A stretch of DNA of 64,000 nucleotides. It comes from Bacteroidota bacterium (GTDB lineage Bacteria > Bacteroidota > Bacteroidia > 2-12-FULL-35-15). The stretch is from positions 23,907 to 87,906 of the forward strand of contig JAOQAG010000008.1 of NCBI GenBank assembly GCA_025963715.1, written 5' to 3'. Below the pieces are notes generated by a model that worked only from the letters and a program-made list of their open reading frames with translations, did no database searches and was not told where the DNA came from. Below, piece after piece: positions 29,701-38,448 of this stretch (positions are counted from its first letter, which is position 1; each line of letters starts with the position of its first letter). The position numbers and the translations under genes were made by a program.

Positions 29701-32324
29701 ACGTTTACCGTATATACACCGGCACACAGAGAACTAACCGTATTGGTTGTTCCGCCCGAAAGACCGGCAGGCAGCCAGTTGAATGAAAAAGTAGCAGTAC
29801 CGCCCGTTACTGTAGCTCCGGCAGTAGCATTGCAATCGCCGTTACAGGCTATGGTTGTGGAGTTGATGGTAACATTAAGAGGATTCGGCTGCGTAATGGT
29901 AACCGTTGCTGTTTTAATACAATTGTTGGCATCTTTTACAGTAACGGTGTACGTTCCCGGGCACAAGCCGGTAATAGTTGGTGTGGTAGCGCCTCCCGGT
30001 GACCAGGAATAACTGTAACCCGGTGTTCCGCCCGAAGGGTTTGCCGTTGCATTTCCATTGCAGGCGCCATTACAGGTCACATTCATTTTTGAGATCACCA
30101 CGTTTAAGATCGTTGGCTGCGTAACGGTTACGGTTTGAATGGTATCGCAACCATGCGCATCGGTTACAACCACATTGTACGTTCCGGTACACAAGCTGGT
30201 AATAGTTGGAGTACCATCTCCCGGAGGATTTCCGGGTGTCCAGTTGTAATTATACGGCGCTGTTCCACCCGCAGGTGCAGCAGTAGCTGTTCCGTTACAA
30301 TCACCAAAACATAATTCATTAACGCTGGTAGGATTGGCCGTCAGTAAAGCCGGTTGTGTGATCACCACAATTCCGGTATCGGAGCAACCGTGGGTATCGC
30401 CAACGGTAACCGTGTAGGTTCCCGGACAAAGTCCTGAAACATTGGGCGTACCATCTCCTATAGGATTTCCGGGCGTCCAGTTGTAATTATAAACAGGTGT
30501 TCCACCGGTTACAATTGCATGGGCTGTACCATCGCATAAACCAAAACAGGATATGTTCACACCTGTAGCCGACGCCAGCAATACTGCGGGTTGCGTAATA
30601 ATTACCGAATCTATTTTTGAACAGCCGTTTGCATCGGTCAGCTGAATAATATAGGTTCCCGCGGGAAGGCCGCTGATGGTGTTGGTTGTGGATGCCGTTG
30701 TAAGCGAGGAACCGTTGGACCATACGTATGTATATGGCGAAACACCGCCTGAAACTGTTGCTGTTGCTGTTCCGGTGGAAGCACTGCCGCAATCCACATT
30801 GGCATGAGAAACTGCTAAATTTAATATAGGCGGCTGTGTGATATTGGTGGTAAATGTGGCAATACACGAATGCGCATCCGTTACAGTGCAACTGTAACTG
30901 CCGGGGCATAAACCGGTAATTGACGGTGTTCCGTCGCCGGTGGGATTTCCCGGTGTCCAGTTATATCCATAAGGCGTTGTACCGCCGGTAGGAGCTACTG
31001 TTGCTGTTCCATTACAGGCGGCGTTACAAACTACATTTGTAAATGAACCCGGAACGGCTAATACCGCAGGCTGCGCTACCAAAATGGTCGTGCTTCCGGT
31101 ACATCCTCTCGAATCGATCACCGTTACAGTATACGTTCCCGCACATAAGTTCAAAACCGTATCATTGGTTCCTGCACCACCGGTCCATGAATAATTATAT
31201 CCGCCCGGGCCGGGTGTACCACCGGTTGCATCCACTACGGAAGAGCCATTGCATTGCCCGTTACAAAGTGGTTTGGTGGTCACGATCTCAAAATCAAACA
31301 GAACTCCCGGCTCAGTAATCTGAATAGAACAAAAACAAAATAATCCCGAAACGCTATCGGTTACTTTTACCGTATACGTACCTGCTCCCAGCCCGGTAAC
31401 ATTGGGTGTGCCCTGGCCGGTACCCGGCGCCGGTGACCAGAAAAAAGTAAAGGTTCCGGAGCCACCTGTTACTGTAGCATTGGCAGTTCCGTTGGCAAAT
31501 CCGTTACAAATCACGTTTGTTCCGGTTAGCGAAATGGTAAAGTTTGCGCAAGCCGTCCCGGAAGGTGTACAACCGGATGCTACTGCAGATACTGAACCGT
31601 AAGCCAATCCACCGCTTCTGAAATGGAACGTATCCAGCGAATCGGCAAACATGATGCGGGAAGAAGCTGCAGAAAGTATTAGATTGGAAGCATCACTGCA
31701 ATCCCATACATTGTTGATCAGGATCTCGGAAGAAGTTAAATTAAGCGTCCTACTTTGAGAAGAGTTGCTGCTGAAATTATTACAGATGATTTTTTTATCG
31801 TTGGTATTGAGTGTTCCTTTTGCGAGGCTGATATTAGCTGCCGGGGCATTTACATCATCAGCGAGCAGCCAGGAACCGGTACCGTTAAATACCCAATTGC
31901 CGATCAGTGCTACTCCGGCGGTGCTGATGCGATTACCGGAAGTGGTACCTGCAAAAACCGTTTGTCCCTTAAAACCGTTTGATAACAATGGAGATAAGGC
32001 ATAAGAACCGTTTACGGTCAATGTCCGGGCGCGTGCCGAAGAAAAAATAACGTTCTTGTCAATCCCGCTCCAGTTGATGCTGCGACAAGCACCATCAACA
32101 GTAAGCATCACCGTTTGTTTATCATCGGAAAAGGAATGAGCATCAAAAAAAACATCGTCGCTACCGGCAGGAATTACCGTTCCGCCTGCACCGCCGCTTA
32201 CCAGCGACCAATGGGATGCATCATTCCAGGCTCCTGTACCTCCCACCCAGTATAGGTTAGAAGCATCCAGGCAAAAATTAAACAACAATAGCAAGCCAAT
32301 AGTTACAAGTAAATTCTTTTTCAA
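23784..32324 (-). CDS. sprB: Giant (2846 aa) SprB-repeat cell-surface adhesin with T9SS type-B C-terminal domain (gliding-motility-associated CTD)
   Basis: More than 30 degenerate ~75-85-aa repeats carrying the CxGxCNGxA...GG(T/S)xPYxYxW SprB-repeat signature; C-terminal PDGISPNNDGDNDEWLIDGIEMFPNCTVEVYNRWGELLFQS...GTYYYII is the type-B CTD; TTG start followed by signal peptide KKNLLVTIGLLLLF. Confidence 0.9.
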   Translation of the reverse strand: MKKNLLVTIGLLLLFNFCLDASNLYWVGGTGAWNDASHWSLVSGGAGGTVIPAGSDDVFFDAHSFSDDKQTVMLTVDGACRSINWSGIDKNVIFSSARARTLTVNGSYALSPLLSNGFKGQTVFAGTTSGNRISTAGVALIGNWVFNGTGSWLLADDVNAPAANISLAKGTLNTNDKKIICNNFSSNSSQSRTLNLTSSEILINNVWDCSDASNLILSAASSRIMFADSLDTFHFRSGGLAYGSVSAVASGCTPSGTACANFTISLTGTNVICNGFANGTANATVTGGSGTFTFFWSPAPGTGQGTPNVTGLGAGTYTVKVTDSVSGLFCFCSIQITEPGVLFDFEIVTTKPLCNGQCNGSSVVDATGGTPGPGGYNYSWTGGAGTNDTVLNLCAGTYTVTVIDSRGCTGSTTILVAQPAVLAVPGSFTNVVCNAACNGTATVAPTGGTTPYGYNWTPGNPTGDGTPSITGLCPGSYSCTVTDAHSCIATFTTNITQPPILNLAVSHANVDCGSASTGTATATVSGGVSPYTYVWSNGSSLTTASTTNTISGLPAGTYIIQLTDANGCSKIDSVIITQPAVLLASATGVNISCFGLCDGTAHAIVTGGTPVYNYNWTPGNPIGDGTPNVSGLCPGTYTVTVGDTHGCSDTGIVVITQPALLTANPTSVNELCFGDCNGTATAAPAGGTAPYNYNWTPGNPPGDGTPTITSLCTGTYNVVVTDAHGCDTIQTVTVTQPTILNVVISKMNVTCNGACNGNATANPSGGTPGYSYSWSPGGATTPTITGLCPGTYTVTVKDANNCIKTATVTITQPNPLNVTINSTTIACNGDCNATAGATVTGGTATFSFNWLPAGLSGGTTNTVSSLCAGVYTVNVTDLNGCPATANVTISQPTPLTVVSSSTDVTCFGLCNGTASVIAGGGTPGYTYSWAPGGQITPSITGLCAGTYTVTVKDANGCMLTNTVIVNTPTQVLGNPVVASNVTCAGLCNGSAASSAIGGSGGYTYNWLPGTPAGDGTPTITGLCAGSYTLVTTDGNGCTSSQPVIITQPAVLSAPITGSTSSCNVCNGTATVTAAGGTPPYNYSWAPGGQSTPTAIGLCPNMTYTVTVTDAHGCTASSVVTIMQTITITITTSNTTLSCAGACDGIATANAGGGLAPYNYLWVDSTGTVSTSQTATGLCAGSYTVTVVDANGCLNTAIVVFTNPPVLSVSATHTNATCGGSCNGTANGTASGGNGAFTYLWMPGGQTTAAVSGLCAGTYTFTATDAGGCSDTAIVTVTEPTLVLDNVTITDANCLLADGSITVAPTGGSGSYTYVWSGPGALTGQGTPSLINLLPGAYSLVITDGSSCSFTFSYILNNVNGPNLTMAHTNVTCHNACNGTATVTASGGAGGYLYNWTPGNPTGDGTNAVISLCGTTTYTITVTDVAGCIRLDTATVNNPTLISPNPVVVNESCGGSCNGSITLNTTGGTPGYSYAWSPGGATTPTISGLCAGSYTVIVTDTNGCDSTLIITITAPPMLVVTLSSTNVRCAFNCDGTATATPSGGSGSGYSYSWTNQPPAIVLPNIVNLCPNQYIVTLTDGNGCTAKDTVNITEPPPLFASTSQVNASCNGVCDGIAIVTATGGTIPYGYSWSPGAISNDTASGLCAGSYNPVVTDANGCASTPPPVVITQPGAIVPAVTTTNSTCNSACNGTATAAPTGGTAPYTYNWSPGVITGQGTPNATALCAGAYVLTITDSLGCARNQNITLIDPPTLNANPTSTSPTCNNSCNGTVTATPVGGTAGYTYSWSPGAAITPIVSGLCPATYTVIVTDTKNCKDTQTVVVANPPQLSIVSGSTPANCGVCNGSITISPITGQTPYTYVWSPAVTGQGTPNGTNICAGLYNITVTDANGCDSTFIIPMNNSGGVTGETVSTIDVSCNSFCNGSGSVVPIGGVAPFNFLWNNGPPPTANDTATSLCAGNYFVQITDSNTCIHFSPVTINQPAPILSNASITSAICSNVCTGAISLATTGGTPGYTYVWTPGAITGQGTANVTGLCPGTYTVVITDAHLCTKTDSFTVTQSAPLAATIGSTNISCSNVCNGTAHVTITSGTAPYNIQWNDAAGQTNDTATALCAGNYSVTITDANGCSVTLNTTITATPPVAANPVITDATCGVCNGSAVLTPSGGAAPYNYLWSNGQTTATATNLCSGLYTVNITDANGCVNSAAIPVNNTSGPTGIAITATNVTCNGSANGAVTGVTPSGGTPPYTYFWIAGGQTTATLSGLSAGIYFVEVTDSSGCSRLDSVTITQPAAILANQTITAAACGVCDGTITIAPSGGMAPYTILWNTGSTALTLTNLCAGIYSVQITDANGCVVNVVIPLSNFNASSLAITSTNISCNAFCNGTATVVATGGTAPYAYSWNDLGLQTTPVATALCAGNYAVEVTGANGCVAVGTVSLTQPTPIVFSLVNATNPLCNGDTSGTITVIPSGGTLAYSYAWTPSGGSGLTATGLTANTYTVTVTDGNGCTATQSTVLSQTTALTISSTSVNPSCNTIADGSIDVTVGGGTSTYSYQWSGGSTAITEDLSGILGGTYTVNVTDGNGCTVSDTTVLTPSQSVIAAAGNDTSFCQNGSIVLNASGSVNGVNYQWFEIPANTSVGNTSNVSVAPPIGITDYYVMVDNGTGCTDNDTITVISNALPTASAGPDVSIVIAQSTPIGGSPTTTASGATAMWTPLPGLDNATAFNPIATPVTTTLYTVTITSAQGCIASDSVLVTVLPTIKIPDGISPNNDGDNDEWLIDGIEMFPNCTVEVYNRWGELLFQSPGYKEHWKGVYKGKDLPVGTYYYIIDLGDPLFPDAYTGPITILR

Positions 32325-32644
32325 AGCTATGTAGTGTTTAGGAGTGATTTATCCACAATTCAATTACTACAAATATGCTATAAATACCCGATATATAAAA
32401 ATTGAAATGAAAGGTTTTTAACAGCGTTCTGTTAGTTCATTCTGAAGATGCAAAAAAGCAGCTAAAAGTTGCTTATACAGGCAGTTACGTGAAAAATAAA
32501 ATACCGTAAATCTGTAACCTTTTTCGAATACTGCTTTGGTGGCATAAACAGCATTCGCATAAAGCGGAAACGAATGATTATTTTGCGAAACGAAATGGGG
32601 ATTGGCACAACAGTTTTATAGTCTGTGAGAAATAGCATTAAATA

Positions 32645-32930
32645 AGTATCCGGAACTTTGTACCATAAAAAGAGTTCCTTTAAGAACGTCATTGCGAGGG
32701 CTTTTCGCCCGAAGCAATCTCATTCTGGTTTTATACTCTGGTGTGGGATTGCTTCGGGCGAAAAGCCCTCGCAATGACGCGCTAAGTAAAAAATCAATAA
32801 AAATAAAGCGAAAGTTTATACCAAAACTGTTTTATCTTATTGAAAAAAATTTCATTAACACGTCATTCCGATCCCCCAGGTGGAGAAGATCTCATTTAAA
32901 TCTACCACATAAGGTACAAAGTTCCGGATA
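32645..32930. repeat. 19-bp inverted repeats (gtatccggaactttgtacc / ggtacaaagttccggatac) bracketing P92 copy 3: possible larger MITE shell
   Basis: IR at 32645-32663 and 32912-32930. Confidence 0.6.
32688..32779. repeat. Palindromic element family P92, copy 3 (34-nt arms, perfect)
   Basis: gtcattgcgagggcttttcgcccgaagcaatctcat(tctggttttatactctggtg)tgggattgcttcgggcgaaaagccctcgcaatgac. Confidence 0.9.
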
Positions 32931-33108
32931 CTCATTTAGCATTAAGAACCGGTAATATTATTATATAATGCAGATCACATTAAAAAAAAGATTGCAAACC
33001 ATTGCCAGAAAAGGGATTTACAAAAAAGAGCAAAAAATAAGCAGGCACTTGTAACTAATTAAAAGAGATGCGCGTCACATTCAAAAAACAAGAAAACTCT
33101 TAAAAACT

Positions 33109-34563
33109 ATGAATACTAAAACTATCAAATCGAAAATGTACGGGGTGTTATTTTTAACATGCATTTCCGTACTTGGTGTGAAAGCGCAACAGGTAAGAAC
33201 CGTTGGTGACTTTACAGGAATTAAAGCCGGTGACTCTTTTGATATCGTTCTTTCACAAAGCGACGCCAACAGTGTAAAAGTGGATGCACCGGACAATGTG
33301 CAGGCACAAATTAAAACAGAAGTAAAAGACGGGATTCTGACTGTTACTACTGAAGGTAACATCAAAACCGACAAAACGATCACGATCACGATCGGGGTAA
33401 AAAACCTGACCAGCCTGGATGCATCGGGTGCTGCGGATATTAAATCCGATAACCAGCTTACCTGCGATAAATTAACGATCACTTCCAACGGTGCCGGTGA
33501 TGTAAACCTTGATGTGAAAGCAAACGAAGTGAAAGCGCAGATCAGCGGTGCTGGCGATGTTACTTTAAAAGGAACTGCTCAGCTACTGGATGCAGGTGTT
33601 TCCGGAGCCGGTGATTTAAAAGCATCGAACCTGGAAGCTGATAAAGTAAAAGTAAAAGCAACGGGAGCCGGAAGTGCAAAGGTGTATGCGAAACAAAGCC
33701 TCGATGCGGATGTTTCCGGCGCTGGTGACGTGATCTACAAAGGCAACCCGGTTGATCCTACGGTAAATATTTCCGGATCAGGATCTGTTCGCGAAAGCAA
33801 AAGCGGTAATGGCGAAGAAACGGCAAGAGATACGACCAAAATTAAACTGGGCGGAAAAAAATACATGATCATTGGCGACGATGATAATGATCAGAAAGCA
33901 GAAGTACACAGCAAAAAAGATTCGATCCGCAATTACAATTCTGATTTTAAACACTGGAACGGTGTGGAACTGGGCGTAAATGGTTTTATGGATTATAAAA
34001 ACAGCCTGAATGCACCTGATAATGCTAAATTTTTAGAATTGAATTATGCAAAATCGTACCAGTTTGGAGTTAATTTATTTGAAAAGGATTTTCATATCTA
34101 TAAAAACTTCATCAACATTGTTACCGGTGTAGGATTTAATTTCAACCATTATGCATTCGATAACAACGTTACATTAAGAGCAGATAGTACGTATATGTCG
34201 GCAAGTACAGACTCGGTAAAATACAAAAAGAACACACTGAATGTTAGCTACATCAGAGCTCCGTTGATGCTGGAGATCAACACCAGCAAAAACCCGAAAA
34301 ATAATTTTCACATTGCAGGCGGTGTTGAGTTTGAATATATGATCCACGCGGTATCAAAACAACGTTACGATGAAAACGACAATCATTACAAGATCAAAAA
34401 ACGTGATGATTTTAATATGGATCCGTTCAGCTACAGCGCTATTGCACGTATTGGTTATAACAATGTAACAGTGTATGCAACTTACGGCCTGAACCGTTTG
34501 TTCAAAAAAGACGAAGGTCCGCAAGTATATCCTGTAAGTGTTGGAATTTCCTGGACGCTGTAA
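33109..34563 (+). CDS. DUF2807/GIN (autotransporter-adhesin head-like) domain fused to a C-terminal outer-membrane beta-barrel-like domain
   Basis: Signal peptide; N-terminal VRTVGDFTGIKAGDSFDIVLSQS...repetitive GAGD beta-solenoid units; C-terminal alternating hydrophobic beta-strands (residues ~290-484). Confidence 0.55.
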   Translation: MNTKTIKSKMYGVLFLTCISVLGVKAQQVRTVGDFTGIKAGDSFDIVLSQSDANSVKVDAPDNVQAQIKTEVKDGILTVTTEGNIKTDKTITITIGVKNLTSLDASGAADIKSDNQLTCDKLTITSNGAGDVNLDVKANEVKAQISGAGDVTLKGTAQLLDAGVSGAGDLKASNLEADKVKVKATGAGSAKVYAKQSLDADVSGAGDVIYKGNPVDPTVNISGSGSVRESKSGNGEETARDTTKIKLGGKKYMIIGDDDNDQKAEVHSKKDSIRNYNSDFKHWNGVELGVNGFMDYKNSLNAPDNAKFLELNYAKSYQFGVNLFEKDFHIYKNFINIVTGVGFNFNHYAFDNNVTLRADSTYMSASTDSVKYKKNTLNVSYIRAPLMLEINTSKNPKNNFHIAGGVEFEYMIHAVSKQRYDENDNHYKIKKRDDFNMDPFSYSAIARIGYNNVTVYATYGLNRLFKKDEGPQVYPVSVGISWTL

Positions 34564-34625
34564 GTTATAAAGTTGAAAAGTTTAAAGGAATTTAGTTTTG
34601 ATTTAGTACCCAGTTAATTATGAGA

Positions 34626-34658
34626 AATCCCACGACATACACGTTGTGGGATTTTTTT
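34626..34658 (+). terminator. Rho-independent terminator (atcccacgac ataca cgttgtgggat + T8)
   Basis: 10-bp stem with one mismatch, T8 run. Confidence 0.7.
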
Positions 34659-34691
34659 TGTTTGTCTAATGGCATGTTGGTCCCTAATTAA

Positions 34692-34721
34692 CAGATCCCG
34701 GGTCAGGCCCGGGATGACAGT
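34692..34721. repeat. CCCGGG-core hairpin element family H, copy
   Basis: cagatcccgggtcaggcccgggatgacagt, identical to 38661-38690. Confidence 0.85.
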
Positions 34722-34760
34722 CAAAAGGATGATCGATTTTCATAATTAACCTTTCAAAAG

Positions 34761-34811
34761 GCATCTGCGCACAGCAAACTTTGAACTTTCCAACTTTAAA
34801 CTTTAAACTTA
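34761..34811. repeat. SAE element copy abutting the stop codon (34812-34814) of the cyclase gene
   Basis: gcatctgcgcacagcaaactttgaactttccaactttaaactttaaactta. Confidence 0.85.
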
Positions 34812-35570
34812 TTAAAGCGCTTTATTCAACTGAAACAACAGCGGTTTGCTTGGTGAAGCATCATTTTCAAAGCTCGCGATCTGGATGTTAAGTAAATATG
34901 TTCCATCAAAAATAGTATTGGGAACATAGATCATTTCGGTGATGGTGCGTGCAGTTTTTGTATTGTGCGGATATTGCCAGAATGCATGATGCGCCAATAG
35001 TTTCCCGCCATCCACTTCCTTATCCACCGATGGCAGATCGATGAGTAAATGATCAATTCCCAGCTGATCAATGTATTCGGCGGCTTCGTGATGCAGGTAA
35101 GGCGGATTGGTGTTGGAATATTGCCGGTTAATTTTTGAGATGTGATTATCAAGTGTACGGATGACGAGTGCTTCCGGATGCTTTCCATCCAGGCAGTTTT
35201 CGATGTGTTGTTTTGTAATAATGTGATCGCCTTCCGGAGTTTCATCCGGTAAAATGGTGATCAGCTCTGCCATAAAAAAGAATTTTTTCAGAGATTGGTT
35301 AATGCTGTAATCTTCCTTGCTGATGTGCCCCACACATTCGGTGTGTGTACCGTTGCCATGCGGATTGAACATAATGTTCCTGAAATTTACAGAACCGCCC
35401 TGCTTTACATCGCCCACCCAATCGCCCATACGAACTGGCTCAATTGTAACCGGTTTAGCATACCATGCATTCACATTTTCTTTTCCCGTGCGTAAGGGAA
35501 TAGAAATATCGATCGGTTTATCGAGATCAAGATTGTAGGATGTTCCTTTGAATGTGATTTTTGTAACCAT
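34812..35570 (-). CDS. Cyclase family protein (kynurenine formamidase-like)
   Basis: HGNGTHTECVGHISKE matches the HxGTHxDxPxH cyclase signature. Confidence 0.7.
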   Translation of the reverse strand: MVTKITFKGTSYNLDLDKPIDISIPLRTGKENVNAWYAKPVTIEPVRMGDWVGDVKQGGSVNFRNIMFNPHGNGTHTECVGHISKEDYSINQSLKKFFFMAELITILPDETPEGDHIITKQHIENCLDGKHPEALVIRTLDNHISKINRQYSNTNPPYLHHEAAEYIDQLGIDHLLIDLPSVDKEVDGGKLLAHHAFWQYPHNTKTARTITEMIYVPNTIFDGTYLLNIQIASFENDASPSKPLLFQLNKAL

Positions 35571-35612
35571 GTATTTTAAGTGTTTGATTTTATAAAACAG
35601 CAGTGAAAAAAT

Positions 35613-36743
35613 TTATTCTACTTCGAATAAATCACTTGCAATTTTATCGGCAATTAATTTTCCTTTATCTGTTAAAAATAATTGATTCTCTTCAAATAAA
35701 AGATCATTTGAAGCAATATATTTTTGTGCTTCCTGCAAACAGTATTTTGCAAATTTTTCTCCGTAATTATTTTTTATCTGCTCCAGCGATGTGCCCCAGA
35801 TGGTGCGCAGGGAGGTAAGTACATATTCGTTGTAACGCTGCGCTATTGTTAGGTTTTCCGATTCAAAATTCAGTTCATTTTTTTCCAGCGATTGAATATA
35901 CAGACCATTGTTGGACACATTCCACTGGCGCGTGATGCCATTGTAGGAATGTGCCGACGGGCCTACTCCCAGGTATTTTTCTTTGAGCCAGTAATTGCTG
36001 TTGTGACGTGAATAAAACCCGTCTTTACAAAAATTAGAAATTTCGTATTGTACAAAATCATTGGCACGCATTCCTTCCAGCATGATCTCAAATTGTTCGG
36101 CGCTTTGCTGCTCGTCCACATTTTTTATTTTACCGGTTTTTACAGCCTGCGCCAATGCTGTTTTTGGCTCTACGGTTAAGCAATATGCCGAAATATGTTT
36201 TACATCCAGCGCAAATGCGATCTGCAAATTATTGCGCCATTTGTGTTCGGTCAACGTCGGCATTCCATAGATCAGGTCGATCGTGAGATTTTCAAAACCC
36301 TGGTCCTGCGCAAATTTTACGGCGTTTAATGCTTCTGCAGAATTATGAGCGCGGTTCATCAGCTTTAGATCTTCATCGTAAAAGCTCTGAATGCCAATGC
36401 TGAACCTATTCACAGGCGTGCTCTTTAATTCCCTTATTTTTATTTCCGTGAGATCATCCGGGTTTGCTTCGAGTGTGATCTCTGCATTTGCATCGATTGT
36501 AAAATGTTTATTGAGCGTTTCAAAAAGATCCAGCAGCTCTGCCTGTGTGAGCAATGAAGGAGTTCCACCTCCGAAATAAATGGTGGAAATATTTTTTGTT
36601 CCCAGATAATCTTGCTGAAGCGCGATCTCTCTTTTGAGTGCTTTTAAAAATGCATCCTTGTTTTGAAGCGATGTGGAGAAATGAAAATCGCAGTAATTGC
36701 AAGCTTGTTTGCAAAACGGAATATGAATGTAAATACCGGCCAT
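35613..36743 (-). CDS. hemW: Radical SAM heme chaperone HemW (coproporphyrinogen III oxidase-like)
   Basis: MAGIYIHIPFCKQACNYCDF (CxxxCxxC) plus HemN_C-like C-terminus. Confidence 0.9.
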   Translation of the reverse strand: MAGIYIHIPFCKQACNYCDFHFSTSLQNKDAFLKALKREIALQQDYLGTKNISTIYFGGGTPSLLTQAELLDLFETLNKHFTIDANAEITLEANPDDLTEIKIRELKSTPVNRFSIGIQSFYDEDLKLMNRAHNSAEALNAVKFAQDQGFENLTIDLIYGMPTLTEHKWRNNLQIAFALDVKHISAYCLTVEPKTALAQAVKTGKIKNVDEQQSAEQFEIMLEGMRANDFVQYEISNFCKDGFYSRHNSNYWLKEKYLGVGPSAHSYNGITRQWNVSNNGLYIQSLEKNELNFESENLTIAQRYNEYVLTSLRTIWGTSLEQIKNNYGEKFAKYCLQEAQKYIASNDLLFEENQLFLTDKGKLIADKIASDLFEVE

Positions 36744-38245
36744 TATTTATTCAGCACGATCCTGAACGTGGTTCCTTTGTCCTGTTCGGAGCTTTTTACA
36801 AATATTTTTCCGGAATGGTAATTTTCGATGATGCGTTTTGTCAATGACAAACCAAGTCCCCATCCTCTTTGTTTGGTAGTATATCCCGGCTCAAATACCG
36901 TTTTGTATTTCGATTTTGGAATTCCTTTTCCGGTATCTGCAATATCGATGTACACAAATTGCGTTTGATCGGAAATGGAAATTTTGATCTCACCGTTTCC
37001 GTTCATTGCATCCACTGCATTACGGATCAGGTTTTCGATCACCCATTCAAATAACGGAACATTGAGCTGTGCGGTGATCTCGGCAGAATTAGCTTTTTCA
37101 ACAGAAAAAATAACATTTTTAGACGTACGCAATTTCATATAATTCACTGCATCGTTCAATACTTTTGTCACCTCCACATCGTCCAGTTTTGGCACCGATC
37201 CGATCTTGGAAAAGCGCTCTGTAATGGTTTCCAATCGTTTTACATCCTTCTCGATCTCGCTTGCCGTTTCCGGATCCAGTCCTTTGGAACGCAAATATTC
37301 CAGCCATGCGATCAGCGACGAAAGCGGCGTTCCGAGCTGATGCGCCGTTTCTTTTGCCATTCCCACCCATACCTGGTTTTGCTCAACGCGACGCGCCGTG
37401 CTGAATAATAAATAAGCGATCAGTAAAAACAACCCGATGATGGTAAACATCACGTATGGATAATATTTTAATTGTGTGAGCAAGGTGGATTCCTGGTAAA
37501 AAATGTAACTCTTTGCACCATCTCCAAACTCTACTTCTATTGGTTGATTTTGCGCAGCCATTACTGCAATCTGACTGATCAGGAAGGTGGTATCATTTCT
37601 TCTCAATGAATCGATGTTACCGGAAGCGATCACATGCTGTCGCGTGGAATCCGTGTAGATCACAGGCACAGAGGCGGAATTGACGGCAACTTCGGAAATA
37701 AATGATTTGATCAGATCGTCCAGTACATTTTTCAGATCGGAAAAAAGGCGGGAATCTTTATAATATAAATAATTTTTTTGTCCTTTATAAATGGTGATCT
37801 CGATCGGCTCCTGCACAGCACGCATGGCCTGCATTTGCATTTTTAAATAGGCTTTGTCATTTTCCTTCGTGGAATCCAGGTTGCGGGAAGTGATCGGTGT
37901 ACCGTGCTCATCCGCAAGAATTACGGGCACAGTGGTATTATCGGAAACCACTTTCAGTACAAATCCGTAATCGGTAAGATCCATGGAAAGCTGCTTGGTT
38001 GCTTCGGCCCAGAGTTCTACTTTTTTGCGTTCGTCTGCTTTGATCTTGTTAAAAAGCTCGTTGGTATATTTTACCAATCCAACTTTCCGCTGGATGGCAT
38101 CCGCCCAGAGTTTTACTTTTTTACGCTCTTCCTTCGCTATCTTGTTCACAAGCGTATTGGTGTACCAGAGAGATACGCCCACAATCACAACTGCCGTCAT
38201 GAACAACCACAATTTCCAGGTCTGCTTTTTTGAATAGATACTCAC
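36743..38245 (-). CDS. Sensor histidine kinase (orphan in this window)
   Basis: Two TM segments flanking a periplasmic region with an internal duplication, H-box HQLGTPLSSLIAWLEYL, HATPase_c (DTGKGIP...GWGLGLS). Stop overlaps the hemW start (TAATG). Confidence 0.85.
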   Translation of the reverse strand: MSIYSKKQTWKLWLFMTAVVIVGVSLWYTNTLVNKIAKEERKKVKLWADAIQRKVGLVKYTNELFNKIKADERKKVELWAEATKQLSMDLTDYGFVLKVVSDNTTVPVILADEHGTPITSRNLDSTKENDKAYLKMQMQAMRAVQEPIEITIYKGQKNYLYYKDSRLFSDLKNVLDDLIKSFISEVAVNSASVPVIYTDSTRQHVIASGNIDSLRRNDTTFLISQIAVMAAQNQPIEVEFGDGAKSYIFYQESTLLTQLKYYPYVMFTIIGLFLLIAYLLFSTARRVEQNQVWVGMAKETAHQLGTPLSSLIAWLEYLRSKGLDPETASEIEKDVKRLETITERFSKIGSVPKLDDVEVTKVLNDAVNYMKLRTSKNVIFSVEKANSAEITAQLNVPLFEWVIENLIRNAVDAMNGNGEIKISISDQTQFVYIDIADTGKGIPKSKYKTVFEPGYTTKQRGWGLGLSLTKRIIENYHSGKIFVKSSEQDKGTTFRIVLNK

Positions 38246-38448
38246 TAAATCGGTCTTTTTATTAGAGTTACGAATTTAGTGATTTTATTTTGAACGGCAT
38301 ATTCGCGCAAGCGTAATAAAGCGGCGAAATTGGGGAATCTGCGGTGCGAAGATTAATTTTATTTTATCCGCATGTTAAAAAAACGAGTAAAACGATTGGT
38401 AATAAAGGTTTATCGGGGAGCAAGAGTAAAATGAATGTGAATTCATAG

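Noticed and set aside
24130-31982. Numerous 60-140-aa ORFs on the plus strand across the sprB-like gene (e.g. 29593..30012, 25639..26037, 28015..28449)
   Set aside because: All lie antisense or out of frame within a continuous 8.5-kb ORF with strong repeat and domain support; Cys/Gly/Thr-rich coding sequence generates long spurious frames.
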